Assembly: GCA_026985785.1 (NCBI GenBank)
Contig: JALSPT010000172.1
Coordinates: 1 to 32,568, forward strand
Reading direction: 5' to 3'
DNA: 32,568 nucleotides
Origin: Anaerolineales bacterium
GTDB lineage: Bacteria > Chloroflexota > Anaerolineae > Anaerolineales > DRMV01
The notes beneath the pieces were generated by a model, which had not been told where the DNA came from, made no database searches, and saw only the letters and a list, made by a program, of their open reading frames with translations. The translations under genes were made by a program, and so were the position numbers. This document shows, piece by piece, positions 11,277 to 19,416 of the stretch; the stretch's first letter is position 1; each line of letters opens with the position of its first letter.

Positions 11277-12521
11277 CTACCCCCGCCGCCACAGGCTCAC
11301 CGTTTCGATGTGATACGTTTGAGGGAACATATCGAACGGCGTCGCTTCCACCAGGCGATAGCCGTGCCGCCGCAAGCGTTTGCCGTCGCGGGCCAGCGTG
11401 GCCGGATCGCAGGACACATACACCACCACCTCGGGCTGCAATGCCACAAGCCCGTCCAGCGCCGGGCGACTCAGGCCGCTGCGGGGCGGGTCGAGCAGCA
11501 CCACATCGGGGCGGAAGCCATCGCGAACGAGGTGCTCCACCACGCTTTCCACCGGCGCTTCGTACAGGGCAATATCCCCTTCCTCATCCGCCAGGTTGAA
11601 GCCGAAGTCGTCGCACGCGCTGGGGGAGGATTCGACCGCGACCAGTTGCCGCACCCGTGAAGCCAGAAAAGCGCTAAACAGCCCCACGCCGCTGTAGAGT
11701 TCCAGCAGCACGGTCTCGGAGGTCAGGGGAAGGCGCTCCAGCACATGGCTTACCATGGCCTCGGCCACCGGCAAATTCACCTGGAAGAACGACGCCGCCG
11801 AGACACGAAACAGCCGCCCATGCACCGCCATCACCAGAAAGCCCCGCCCGGCCATGACGAACGTTTCACCTCGCGGGGCGGTGTAAACCACCGAGAGGGG
11901 CAAATCCACCGTCAAGGGGGGCGGCAGCGGCGCTTCGCCGCGCAGCCAGAGCAGCACCTCATCGCCCGCGCCCACCCGCAGGTGCGCCCGCGTGACGCCG
12001 CTTTCGCCCTCGAAGTTCAAGCGAGGGATGATCTCCCGCAGCGGTTGGGCTGCCAGCAGGCAATCTTCCACCGGCACCACCCGCTCCGAGCGTCGCGCCC
12101 GAAAACCCACCGCGCCATCCGGCGCGAGGTGCAACTGAATGTGGTTGCGGTAGCCCCACGGTCGGGGGGAGGGCACGGTGGGTGCTACCGGCGGGTCGGC
12201 AAAACCGCCAATGCGCTGCAACTGATCGCGCACGATGGCCTGCTTAGCGGCCAGTTGGGCCGGATAGTTCACGTGCTGATAGTGGCAGCCACCGCAGCGC
12301 CCGTAATACGGACAACGGGGCGCCACACGGTCGGGCGAGGTCTCCAGCAATTCAACAGTCTCCCCGCGGGCATAGCGCGGCTTATCCTCCACCAGGCGCA
12401 GGCGCACCCGCTCACCGGGCAGCGTAAAAGGCACGAACACCGCCCGGCCATCGGGCAGTCGCCCCATGGCTTCGCCGCCGTAAGCCCATGTGCTCAATGC
12501 CACCTCATACTCAGTGGTCAT
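11277..12521 (-). CDS. rlmD: 23S rRNA m5U methyltransferase, RlmD/TrmA family (TRAM + 4Fe-4S)
   Basis: CPYYGRCGGC, SFFQVN, ELYSGVG, LDPPRSG, YVSCDP, FDMFPQTYHIE. Start at ATG 12521 overlaps the upstream gene's end. Confidence 0.9.
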   Translation of the reverse strand: MTTEYEVALSTWAYGGEAMGRLPDGRAVFVPFTLPGERVRLRLVEDKPRYARGETVELLETSPDRVAPRCPYYGRCGGCHYQHVNYPAQLAAKQAIVRDQLQRIGGFADPPVAPTVPSPRPWGYRNHIQLHLAPDGAVGFRARRSERVVPVEDCLLAAQPLREIIPRLNFEGESGVTRAHLRVGAGDEVLLWLRGEAPLPPPLTVDLPLSVVYTAPRGETFVMAGRGFLVMAVHGRLFRVSAASFFQVNLPVAEAMVSHVLERLPLTSETVLLELYSGVGLFSAFLASRVRQLVAVESSPSACDDFGFNLADEEGDIALYEAPVESVVEHLVRDGFRPDVVLLDPPRSGLSRPALDGLVALQPEVVVYVSCDPATLARDGKRLRRHGYRLVEATPFDMFPQTYHIETVSLWRRG

Positions 12522-13800
12522 CAGAAGCGCCTTCCACCTCACCGGCTACCGCCACGGCCAGCCGCTCCGGGTCCAGATAGCGCCGGGCGGCCTCCAGAAT
12601 GACCTCCGGCGTGACGGCGCGCACGCGGTCGGCAAAACGGCGGTAATAATCCAATCCCAGGCCGTATCGCTCGATGGTCAGCAGCGCACCGGCCACCCCG
12701 GCATTGCTCTCGAAACTAAGCGGCAGGTTACCCACAATGCCCGCCTGCGCGTCGGCCAGTTCCTCTGCAGTCACCGGCTCGCTGACAAAGCGGCGGATCT
12801 CGGCGAGGATGAGGGCAACCGCCCGTTCCACATTGGCCGGTGCCACGCCGGCATTCACCTCCCACGGCCCGGGGCCGTAGCCGCCATGCAGTTCGGAATA
12901 GGCATAATACGCCAGGCCCGCCTGTTCGCGCACCGCGTCGCCAATGCGCCCCATCAGGCCAAAGCGCCCCAAGATGGTATTGCCCACCATCGCCGGTAGG
13001 TAATCCTCGGCAGTGCGCGCCGGCCCGGCCGCGCCCACCACCACATCACACTGGCTCTTGCCGGGAATGGGCACCGCGGCACGGGTAAGGCGCTCCAGCG
13101 GCTGCAGCGGGGGTAGCGGCGGCGGGGTGGGCTGTTCGGAATTGCGCCACTCGCCCAAGGCTGCCGCCACGGCCTCCACCGCCCGCTGCGGCTCGACTGC
13201 GCCGACCACGGCCACCACCATCCCGCGCGGCCCAAAATGGCGGCGGTGGAAGGCCTGCAAATCCTCCCGCGTGATGGCCTGGATGGTCTCAGGGTAACCG
13301 TCGTCGGGGCGGGCATAAGGATGCTCGCGATATACCAGTTGGTCGAAGGCCAGTTCGGCCATCTCGGCGGTATCCTGCGCGCGCAACGCCAAGGAAGTCA
13401 GCCACTGGGCGCGCTGCTTTTCCACCTCCTCGGCGGGGAAGGTGGGCGTTTGCAGCACCTCCGCGAGCAGATCCAGCAGCAAGGGCAGATCTTCGGCCAG
13501 GGCCTTGCCGCTAAAGCCAGTGGTGTGGGTATGGCCGCGGAAGCCCAGCCGCGCGCCGTTGGACTCCAAGAGGTCGAACAAGGCATCGAAAGTATGGCGC
13601 TCGGTGCCGCGCAGCAACATGCTGGCGGTGAAATTCGCCAGGCCGAGACGGTCGTCGCGGTCGTAAAGCGCCCCCACTTGCAGGAAGCCGCTCACCACCA
13701 CCGACGGGCTATGGAAGTTCGCGCGCGCCAGCACGGTGATGCCGTTGGAAAGCGCGACACGGAGGACATCGTCCGGGCCGGGGATGGCCTGAGAAGGCAT
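12511..13800 (-). CDS. M16 (pitrilysin/insulinase) family protein, non-catalytic subunit type
   Basis: LSNGITV, GLANFTASMLLRGT (HxxEH lost), HPYARP, VREQAGLAY. Confidence 0.88.
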   Translation of the reverse strand: MPSQAIPGPDDVLRVALSNGITVLARANFHSPSVVVSGFLQVGALYDRDDRLGLANFTASMLLRGTERHTFDALFDLLESNGARLGFRGHTHTTGFSGKALAEDLPLLLDLLAEVLQTPTFPAEEVEKQRAQWLTSLALRAQDTAEMAELAFDQLVYREHPYARPDDGYPETIQAITREDLQAFHRRHFGPRGMVVAVVGAVEPQRAVEAVAAALGEWRNSEQPTPPPLPPLQPLERLTRAAVPIPGKSQCDVVVGAAGPARTAEDYLPAMVGNTILGRFGLMGRIGDAVREQAGLAYYAYSELHGGYGPGPWEVNAGVAPANVERAVALILAEIRRFVSEPVTAEELADAQAGIVGNLPLSFESNAGVAGALLTIERYGLGLDYYRRFADRVRAVTPEVILEAARRYLDPERLAVAVAGEVEGASDDH

Positions 13801-13867
13801 CGTTCGTCTCCATTAAAGAAGGGATAAGAAAACAGCCGCCTCCGATTTGCGGCTGTGAGGCAAGGAT

Positions 13868-13896
13868 ATGGTACTGAGAGGCGGCAGCCATGTCAA
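13868..13896 (-). promoter_or_regulatory. Promoter of the M16-rlmD unit
   Basis: TTGACA-N17-TACCAT on the minus strand. Confidence 0.7.
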
Positions 13897-13939
13897 GCAT
13901 TGGCGCCCCACGCCGTCAAAACCGGCCATTTTTCCGGGC

Positions 13940-13968
13940 TTGCAATCCCTCGCCAGTTGTGCTAAAGT
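13940..13968 (+). promoter_or_regulatory. Promoter of the hypothetical-RR-thpR-rsfS unit
   Basis: TTGCAA-N17-TAAAGT with extended TGn. Confidence 0.65.
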
Positions 13969-14037
13969 GTAGACGTGCAGGCTGGGTAGCCGCAAGCGGG
14001 CAAGGAGGAAGGCAACATACACGACGAACTGGAGCAA

Positions 14038-14325
14038 ATGGCCGAGAATATCCGCCGCGCGCTGAGGGCCGTTGAGCGTGCCCACGAAGAGGGGCAAAAC
14101 CTGCAGCGCGAGGCCTCGGAGGAAAGCCTGCGCCGCTATCAACGCGAACTGCAGCGCCTCCTCAAAGAGCTCCAAGCCATTGACCGCTTCATTCACAATG
14201 AAGTGGAGGTGGCTGTGGAAGACATCAGCGAGCTGGTGCATCGCGCCATCGAAGGGCATCCCTCTCCGCTGGCATACCGCCACACTCCCAAGCCGGAGAT
14301 CACATCCCAGGAAAAGGACGGTTAG
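14038..14325 (+). CDS. Hypothetical helical/coiled-coil protein (may start at ATA 14017)
   Basis: 95 aa, charged and helical, coding-like codon usage. Ends 3 nt before the response regulator start. Confidence 0.7.
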   Translation: MAENIRRALRAVERAHEEGQNLQREASEESLRRYQRELQRLLKELQAIDRFIHNEVEVAVEDISELVHRAIEGHPSPLAYRHTPKPEITSQEKDG

Positions 14326-14328
14326 CCT

Positions 14329-14730
14329 ATGCCTTTCATCCTGCCTGAGTCTTTCGCTGAAGTTGCCATCGTGGAAGATGACGATGACACGGCGGAAATG
14401 CTGGCCGAAATGGTACGGCTCAGCGGGTACGAGGTGCGGCTTTATCATGGGGCACAAACGGCCATGGCGGCGTTCAGGAAGCACGCTCCTGACCTGGTGA
14501 TGCTCGACATCATGATGCCCGACATCTCAGGGCTGGAAGTGCTTCGGCACCTACGCCGCGACCCGGCTTTGCACAGCATCCCCGTGATCATCCTTTCGGC
14601 CAAAGGCACCCCCCAAGAGGTAAAAGAAGGGCTGGAGGCCGGGGCAAACATGTACCTCACCAAGCCGGTACAATTCGGTGAGGTCAAGGCCGCCTTGCAA
14701 AAATTCCTTCCTGGCGCCCCGGCAGAATGA
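14329..14730 (+). CDS. Single-domain response regulator (CheY-like receiver)
   Basis: IVEDDD, DLVMLDIMMPDISG, ILSAK, YLTKP. Confidence 0.92.
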   Translation: MPFILPESFAEVAIVEDDDDTAEMLAEMVRLSGYEVRLYHGAQTAMAAFRKHAPDLVMLDIMMPDISGLEVLRHLRRDPALHSIPVIILSAKGTPQEVKEGLEAGANMYLTKPVQFGEVKAALQKFLPGAPAE

Positions 14731-14748
14731 GGTTCCGTTGAGGTATTC

Positions 14749-15351
14749 ATGGGCGTATTGAGAGCCTTCATTGCCATTGATTTACCGGCAGAAGTCCGCC
14801 AAAACCTATCCAAGGTGATGCATAAACTGCAACAGGATCTGGCAGGCTACCCCATTCGCTGGGTCACGCCCGGGAACATTCACCTGACGCTGAAGTTTCT
14901 GGGCGATGTCTCCGAGCAGAACCTCAACGTCCTGACCCATTTGCTCGAGGGTGAAGTACAAACCCACCCGCCCTTTGAATTCAGCGTCGGGCAACTGGGG
15001 GCATTCCCAGATGTACGACGGCCGCGGGTCATCTGGATCGGCGTAGAGGCACCGGATGAGTTGTTTGGCTTGCAACGAGGGGTCGATCATGTCATGGCTA
15101 AACTCGGCTATGCGCGGGAGCGCCGCGCCTACCAGCCCCATCTCACCTTAGGGCGGGTGGCGCGCAACGCCAGCGGTTCCCAGTTGCGCGAGATCGGCCA
15201 TCACCTGCGAGAAACGCACGTCGGTTTCCTGGGAAGCGTTCGCGCTACCGAGGTTCACCTTTACCGTAGCGACCTGCGGCCTGAGGGACCCATTTACACC
15301 CGTTTGTTCACCTCTCAATTGAACCCCGCCGCCCCGCCGGCCATCCTGTGA
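14749..15351 (+). CDS. thpR: RNA 2',3'-cyclic phosphodiesterase (2H phosphoesterase, LigT/ThpR)
   Basis: RAFIAI, two HxT motifs (HLTLKFLG and PHLTLGR), C-terminal S.L.P.GPIY. Confidence 0.93.
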   Translation: MGVLRAFIAIDLPAEVRQNLSKVMHKLQQDLAGYPIRWVTPGNIHLTLKFLGDVSEQNLNVLTHLLEGEVQTHPPFEFSVGQLGAFPDVRRPRVIWIGVEAPDELFGLQRGVDHVMAKLGYARERRAYQPHLTLGRVARNASGSQLREIGHHLRETHVGFLGSVRATEVHLYRSDLRPEGPIYTRLFTSQLNPAAPPAIL

Positions 15352-15394
15352 AACACACGCCCTATCAATCCTTTCTCTCGTCCAAGGAGGCTCC

Positions 15395-15736
15395 TTGAAC
15401 GCGTTGACTTTTGCACATCAACTGGTTGATGCCCTGGTGGAACACAAGGGGGAGGACATCGTGTTGTTGGACATCCACGAACTGGCGCCCTTCGCCGATT
15501 ACTTTGTGATTTGCTCCGGCACCAGCGACCGGATGCTGGATGCGCTGGCGCGCGTCGCCGCCGACGAAGGGAAAAAAGCCAAAATCCCCGGACGGATAGA
15601 AGGCACAGCCCGTTCAGGTTGGGTGCTGATCGATTTTGGGGAGGTCGTCGTGCATCTTTTCTCCCCCGATTTACGGGCCTATTATCGCCTGGAGGATCTG
15701 TGGGGAGACGGCCAGGTTTTGTTGCACGTCCAGTAA
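15395..15736 (+). CDS. rsfS: Ribosome silencing factor (Iojap/RsfS)
   Basis: KGEDIVLLD, ADYFVICSG, WVLIDFGEVVVHLF, YYRLEDLWGD. AAGGAGG SD with TTG start. Confidence 0.95.
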   Translation: MNALTFAHQLVDALVEHKGEDIVLLDIHELAPFADYFVICSGTSDRMLDALARVAADEGKKAKIPGRIEGTARSGWVLIDFGEVVVHLFSPDLRAYYRLEDLWGDGQVLLHVQ

Positions 15737-15790
15737 CCCCTCCAAGAAGCCATTGCCCCAAACGCCACACACGCGGCAACACCACTCCTC

Positions 15791-15819
15791 TTGCCACCAA
15801 CAGACGAGCGCGCTATAAT
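15791..15819 (+). promoter_or_regulatory. Promoter of the FmdB-like gene
   Basis: TTGCCA-N17-TATAAT. Confidence 0.78.
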
Positions 15820-15874
15820 CAGCGTGCCCATCGAGGCAGGTTTTGTGAACTTTCTGGTGGGACGAGGTGCTGCT

Positions 15875-16198
15875 ATGCCGGTTTACACTTACCGTTGTGA
15901 CGCGTGTGGTTTTACCTTCGACCAACGACTGGGATTCAACGATGCTCCCCCAACCCGCTGTCCCGAATGCGGTGCGGAGGCATTGTATCGCGTCTACAAG
16001 CCGGTGGGCATCGTGTTCAAAGGCTCTGGCTTTTACGCCACCGATCACCGCTCACCCTCCGGCACGAAAACCAGCGGCAACGGGAAAGAGCCAACCGCCA
16101 AAACGGAACAAAAAGCCGAAAGCAGCGCCGAGAAAAGCCCGGCAGCCAACAAAAAAGGCGAAGCCAAAGCCACCCCAAAGGCCACAACCACAGCGTAG
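15875..16198 (+). CDS. FmdB-family zinc ribbon protein with low-complexity K/A/S/T tail
   Basis: MPVYTYRCDACG...CPECG...GIVFKGSGFYATD. GAGGTG SD. Confidence 0.92.
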   Translation: MPVYTYRCDACGFTFDQRLGFNDAPPTRCPECGAEALYRVYKPVGIVFKGSGFYATDHRSPSGTKTSGNGKEPTAKTEQKAESSAEKSPAANKKGEAKATPKATTTA

Positions 16199-16280
16199 GC
16201 ACCTCCTTCGTCGTCGCGCTGTCCAAGACATCGTGGAAAAGCGTTGCACGGATAGCCTGCAAGGGGGCATTCCACCCGCG

Positions 16281-16496
16281 CAGGGCTTTTCAATAATAGC
16301 CAAATCTATCGCATTTTGCCGCGCCAAGGCTGATCTCACCCATCCCCCAGCCGCCTGACGGCGGCTTTCCCCCTTCCCTCTCTTAGTAAGAGAGGGAAGG
16401 GGGTGCCCAAAAAGCGCAAAATGCGCTTTTTGGGCGGGGGTTAGGAGAGATCTTCGTCTCTGGAGTAACCAAGTGCAAGACTTTTGAAAAGCCCTG
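16281..16496. mobile_element. MITE-like non-autonomous element (216 bp) with 13-bp TIRs and a 9-bp target-site duplication
   Basis: TIRs CAGGGCTTTTCAA (16281-16293) and TTGAAAAGCCCTG (16484-16496). Direct repeat CCACCCGCG at 16272-16280 and 16497-16505. Three internal hairpins and no credible ORF. Confidence 0.85.
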
Positions 16497-16534
16497 CCAC
16501 CCGCGCAGGGTGAGCCCATCCCTCTCCCTGCCCA

Positions 16535-16543
16535 TGGTATAAT
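16535..16543 (+). promoter_or_regulatory. Extended -10 promoter, leaderless dsbA transcript
   Basis: TGgTATAAT followed by 6 nt and then ATG 16550. No SD. Confidence 0.72.
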
Positions 16544-16549
16544 CGCTCC

Positions 16550-17290
16550 ATGGCAAAGAAAAAACCTCTACCTCCAAGCACCAGCCAACCGCTGGTGGTA
16601 AGTGCTTTTTACGCCTTCATCGTGGTGGCCTTCGGGGCAGGGTTGCTGGCAGGCTATTTGCTGTGGGGGGGAAATCACCCCGCCCCTCAGCAGCAGACTG
16701 CGGCTGCCCAGCAACAGCCCCAGGCGCAAAACCAGCCCAACGGCACTCCCACCGCCGCCAAACGCTATGACGTCGACACCGACGACGACCCCAGCATCGG
16801 CCCCAAAACCGCGCCGGTTACCATCATCGAGTTCTCCGATTACCAATGCCCCTACTGCCGCCGTTGGGCCGAGCAGGTCGAAGGGGAATTGCTCAAAACT
16901 TACGGCGACAAAATCCGCATCGTGTACCGCGATTTCCCCCTCACCAGCATCCACCCCGAAGCATTGCCCGCCGCCGAAGCCGCCAACTGCGCCGGCGAGC
17001 AGGGAAAATACTGGGAATACCACGACGCCCTCTTTGGGCGCAAGCATGGCCTGGGGCACGACGCCTACCTGGCCTATGCCAAAGACCTGGGGCTGAACAT
17101 GGCACAGTTCACCCAGTGCCTGGACGAACACCGCTATCAGGATGAGATCAAAGCCGACCAGCAATATGCCATGCAACTGGGTGTGCGCTCGACGCCGACC
17201 TTTTTCATCAACGGCATCCCGGTGGTCGGTGCCCAGCCCTTCTCGGTGTTCAAGCAAATCATCGACAAAGAACTCAAGAACGCCCAGTAA
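16550..17290 (+). CDS. dsbA: Membrane-anchored DsbA/BdbD-like thiol-disulfide oxidoreductase
   Basis: N-terminal TM, Q-rich linker, EFSDYQCPYC, YRDFPL, GVRSTPTFFING. Confidence 0.9.
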   Translation: MAKKKPLPPSTSQPLVVSAFYAFIVVAFGAGLLAGYLLWGGNHPAPQQQTAAAQQQPQAQNQPNGTPTAAKRYDVDTDDDPSIGPKTAPVTIIEFSDYQCPYCRRWAEQVEGELLKTYGDKIRIVYRDFPLTSIHPEALPAAEAANCAGEQGKYWEYHDALFGRKHGLGHDAYLAYAKDLGLNMAQFTQCLDEHRYQDEIKADQQYAMQLGVRSTPTFFINGIPVVGAQPFSVFKQIIDKELKNAQ

Positions 17291-17308
17291 CCCTCCCCCT
17301 CCCCCACG

Positions 17309-17337
17309 CAGCCCCATCGTTCAGGTGGGGCTGTTTT
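17309..17337 (+). terminator. Terminator for dsbA, overlapping the rsmA 3' end
   Basis: CAGCCCCAT-cgttcag-GTGGGGCTG-TTTT. Confidence 0.6.
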
Positions 17338-18166
17338 GCTTTTGCAAAAAAGCCGCCGTCAACACCGCCCACTCTTCCAACTTCAAGGTTTCCGCCCGGC
17401 GCGTGGGCGCTATCTCGGCAGCACGGAGCAATCCCTCCGCCTCAGACGGTGCACACCCCAAACCGGCAGCCAGGGCGTTGCGCAACGTTTTGCGGCGCTG
17501 AGCGAACCCGGCTTTTGCCAGCCGGAAAAAAGCCGAAAGATGCGCTTCGGGAATACGGGGCTGGGGAAAAATCTCCACCCGCACCACCGCCGAGTCCACC
17601 TTGGGACGGGGGTAAAAAGCCCCGCCTGGAATGCGGGCAGCAATGCGGGGCTGACCAAACACCTGCACACTGAGCGCCAGCAGGCTCATGTGCGGCGGCG
17701 TGGCGGCAATGCGCTGGGCAACCTCCCGTTGTACGGTGAGCACCACGCGTTGAGGGCGCGCCGCCGCGGTCAGCAGATGACGAATGACCGCCGAAGTGAT
17801 GTAGTACGGGATGTTGGCCACCACCACGTAAGGTTCTCCCCCCATCAACCCGGCAGGATCATGCTGCAAAACATCCCCAAATACCAAACGGACATTGGCA
17901 TAAGGACGCAGAACTTCCTCCAGCGCCGGTTGCAGGCGAGCATCCAGTTCTACAGCCACCACCCGGCGGGCGCGCTGCGCCAGCAAGCGGGTAAGGCTGC
18001 CCACCCCCGGCCCGATTTCAAGCACGGCTTCATCCCCCCGCAGTTCGGCAGCAGCCACCACCCGCCGCAAGGCGCTTGCGCTGACCAAAAAATTCTGCCC
18101 CAAGCGACGATCGGGGCGCAGGCCGTAACGACGCAGCAGGGCAGGTAGGTTCAGGGCAGAATCCAC
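17321..18166 (-). CDS. rsmA: 16S rRNA m6(2)A dimethyltransferase RsmA/KsgA
   Basis: LGQNFL, LEIGPGVG, VANIPYYITS, QREVAQR, AFYPRPKVDS, FAQRRKTLRN, RRAETL. Likely GTG start at 18166 after GGAG. Confidence 0.95.
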   Translation of the reverse strand: MDSALNLPALLRRYGLRPDRRLGQNFLVSASALRRVVAAAELRGDEAVLEIGPGVGSLTRLLAQRARRVVAVELDARLQPALEEVLRPYANVRLVFGDVLQHDPAGLMGGEPYVVVANIPYYITSAVIRHLLTAAARPQRVVLTVQREVAQRIAATPPHMSLLALSVQVFGQPRIAARIPGGAFYPRPKVDSAVVRVEIFPQPRIPEAHLSAFFRLAKAGFAQRRKTLRNALAAGLGCAPSEAEGLLRAAEIAPTRRAETLKLEEWAVLTAAFLQKQNSPT

Positions 18167-19404
18167 GGAATTTGCTCCGGCGGGGGCGGGGGTGCGACGA
18201 AACACAACGTCGTCCACTGATGCCACGATTGATAATCGTCATCCGAATAGCCCAAATCGATCCACGCACGGCCAGGGATGCCCCCGCCGATGTCGGCAAT
18301 CACCCCAAAACCGTAGCCCGGCACGTACACTTTTTGCCCCCCCATGTAGGCATACCACGAGCGCTTGACGGCCACGATGCCCTTGCGCAACGTCATCCCG
18401 CTGAACGTGCGGTCGGAACAGTAGTCCACCCCCAGCCGACACGGCGAATACGAAGTTGCATACACCCGCACGATGCGCCAACACGTCACCGGGCCATCGG
18501 GCGTTTGCAGCGTTTGGGGCACGATTTTGGTGCCATAGCCCACGATGCGCGGCTTGGGCGGCTGCGCCAGCCAGGCGTCTTCCACTGTCCGCGCCACCTC
18601 GACGCCATCTTGGTAACGCACCCGTACCCGCTGCACCTGCAAGCCATAGGTTCCCTTCTGCACCACCTTGACCGTGTCCAGCGGCACATCGGGCAGCGGC
18701 TGGGTCTTGGTAGCGAACGCCACGGGCAATTGGCGCAGCACGACGGTTTCCCACACGCGATGGAAGGTGACGAGCGCCTGTGCGCCGGTAGGCAAGGGCG
18801 CGGTATCCTCAGGGGCGGTCGTTTCCAACCCCTGAGGGGCAAGGCGAGCAGCGGCCAAAGCCTCGCCCACCGTGGCCGAGGTGCTGTAAAGGCGCAGTGT
18901 ACGCCTGCCAACGCGCACGGAGAGCGGGCGGGCACGCGTCAGGGTGACGTGGAGGGGGGCCGTCAGCCAAGTCGATGCTTCCGGGCGTAAACGGTCGGCT
19001 TCGGACAAGACGATGCCTTGCGCCCACAGGGCTTCTGCCAGGGTGGGCGCCGTCGTGCTCAAACGCACACTTTTGCCGCCGGTTCTCAGCGTGATGGGCA
19101 CCGCGGCGCGAAGTTGGATCACCGGCGGCACTTTTCCTTGCGGCAACGCCTGGTTTGCCCCCCAACGCCGGCCATCGACGGTGATTTCGCTGCCATCTGG
19201 CGCGGCCATACCCGCCGCCTTCAATGCCTCGGCAGGGGTCGTCGCCCCAGCCGCCCACGCTACACGTTCCGCACTTACCACCCACGCCCCACGCGCGGGC
19301 GTTCCCCTCGCTGCTGCGGCGTCGCCGAGATGTCCCCACACCCCCACAAAAACGGCCAGCAGCACCGCGACGAACACCGGCCACCGCCGCCAATGCATCG
19401 CCAC
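18151..19404 (-). CDS. YabE-like secreted protein (DUF348 repeats + G5 + 3D-like domain)
   Basis: Signal or TM N-terminus, T(V/L).EAL repeats, G5 segment (VQKGTYG...IVGYGT), ATSYS...VPGYG...ADIGG...WIDLG. Lies upstream of ksgA, as yabE does in Firmicutes. Confidence 0.8.
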   Translation of the reverse strand: MAMHWRRWPVFVAVLLAVFVGVWGHLGDAAAARGTPARGAWVVSAERVAWAAGATTPAEALKAAGMAAPDGSEITVDGRRWGANQALPQGKVPPVIQLRAAVPITLRTGGKSVRLSTTAPTLAEALWAQGIVLSEADRLRPEASTWLTAPLHVTLTRARPLSVRVGRRTLRLYSTSATVGEALAAARLAPQGLETTAPEDTAPLPTGAQALVTFHRVWETVVLRQLPVAFATKTQPLPDVPLDTVKVVQKGTYGLQVQRVRVRYQDGVEVARTVEDAWLAQPPKPRIVGYGTKIVPQTLQTPDGPVTCWRIVRVYATSYSPCRLGVDYCSDRTFSGMTLRKGIVAVKRSWYAYMGGQKVYVPGYGFGVIADIGGGIPGRAWIDLGYSDDDYQSWHQWTTLCFVAPPPPPEQIPWILP

Positions 19405-19416
19405 AATATCACTTCG

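Noticed and set aside
13813-14484. 223-aa minus-strand ORF and other overlapping ORF-track entries
   Set aside because: They are antisense to better-supported genes and run across promoter regions, with no motifs or SD.
15843-15860. TTGTGAA half-site in the FmdB-like leader as a second Rex operator
   Set aside because: The right half (CTGGTGG) does not resemble TTCACAA.
16332-16452. Cloverleaf-like structure as a tRNA or tmRNA
   Set aside because: There is no T-loop (TTCGA), D-loop GG or 7-nt anticodon loop, and the stems are far too long.
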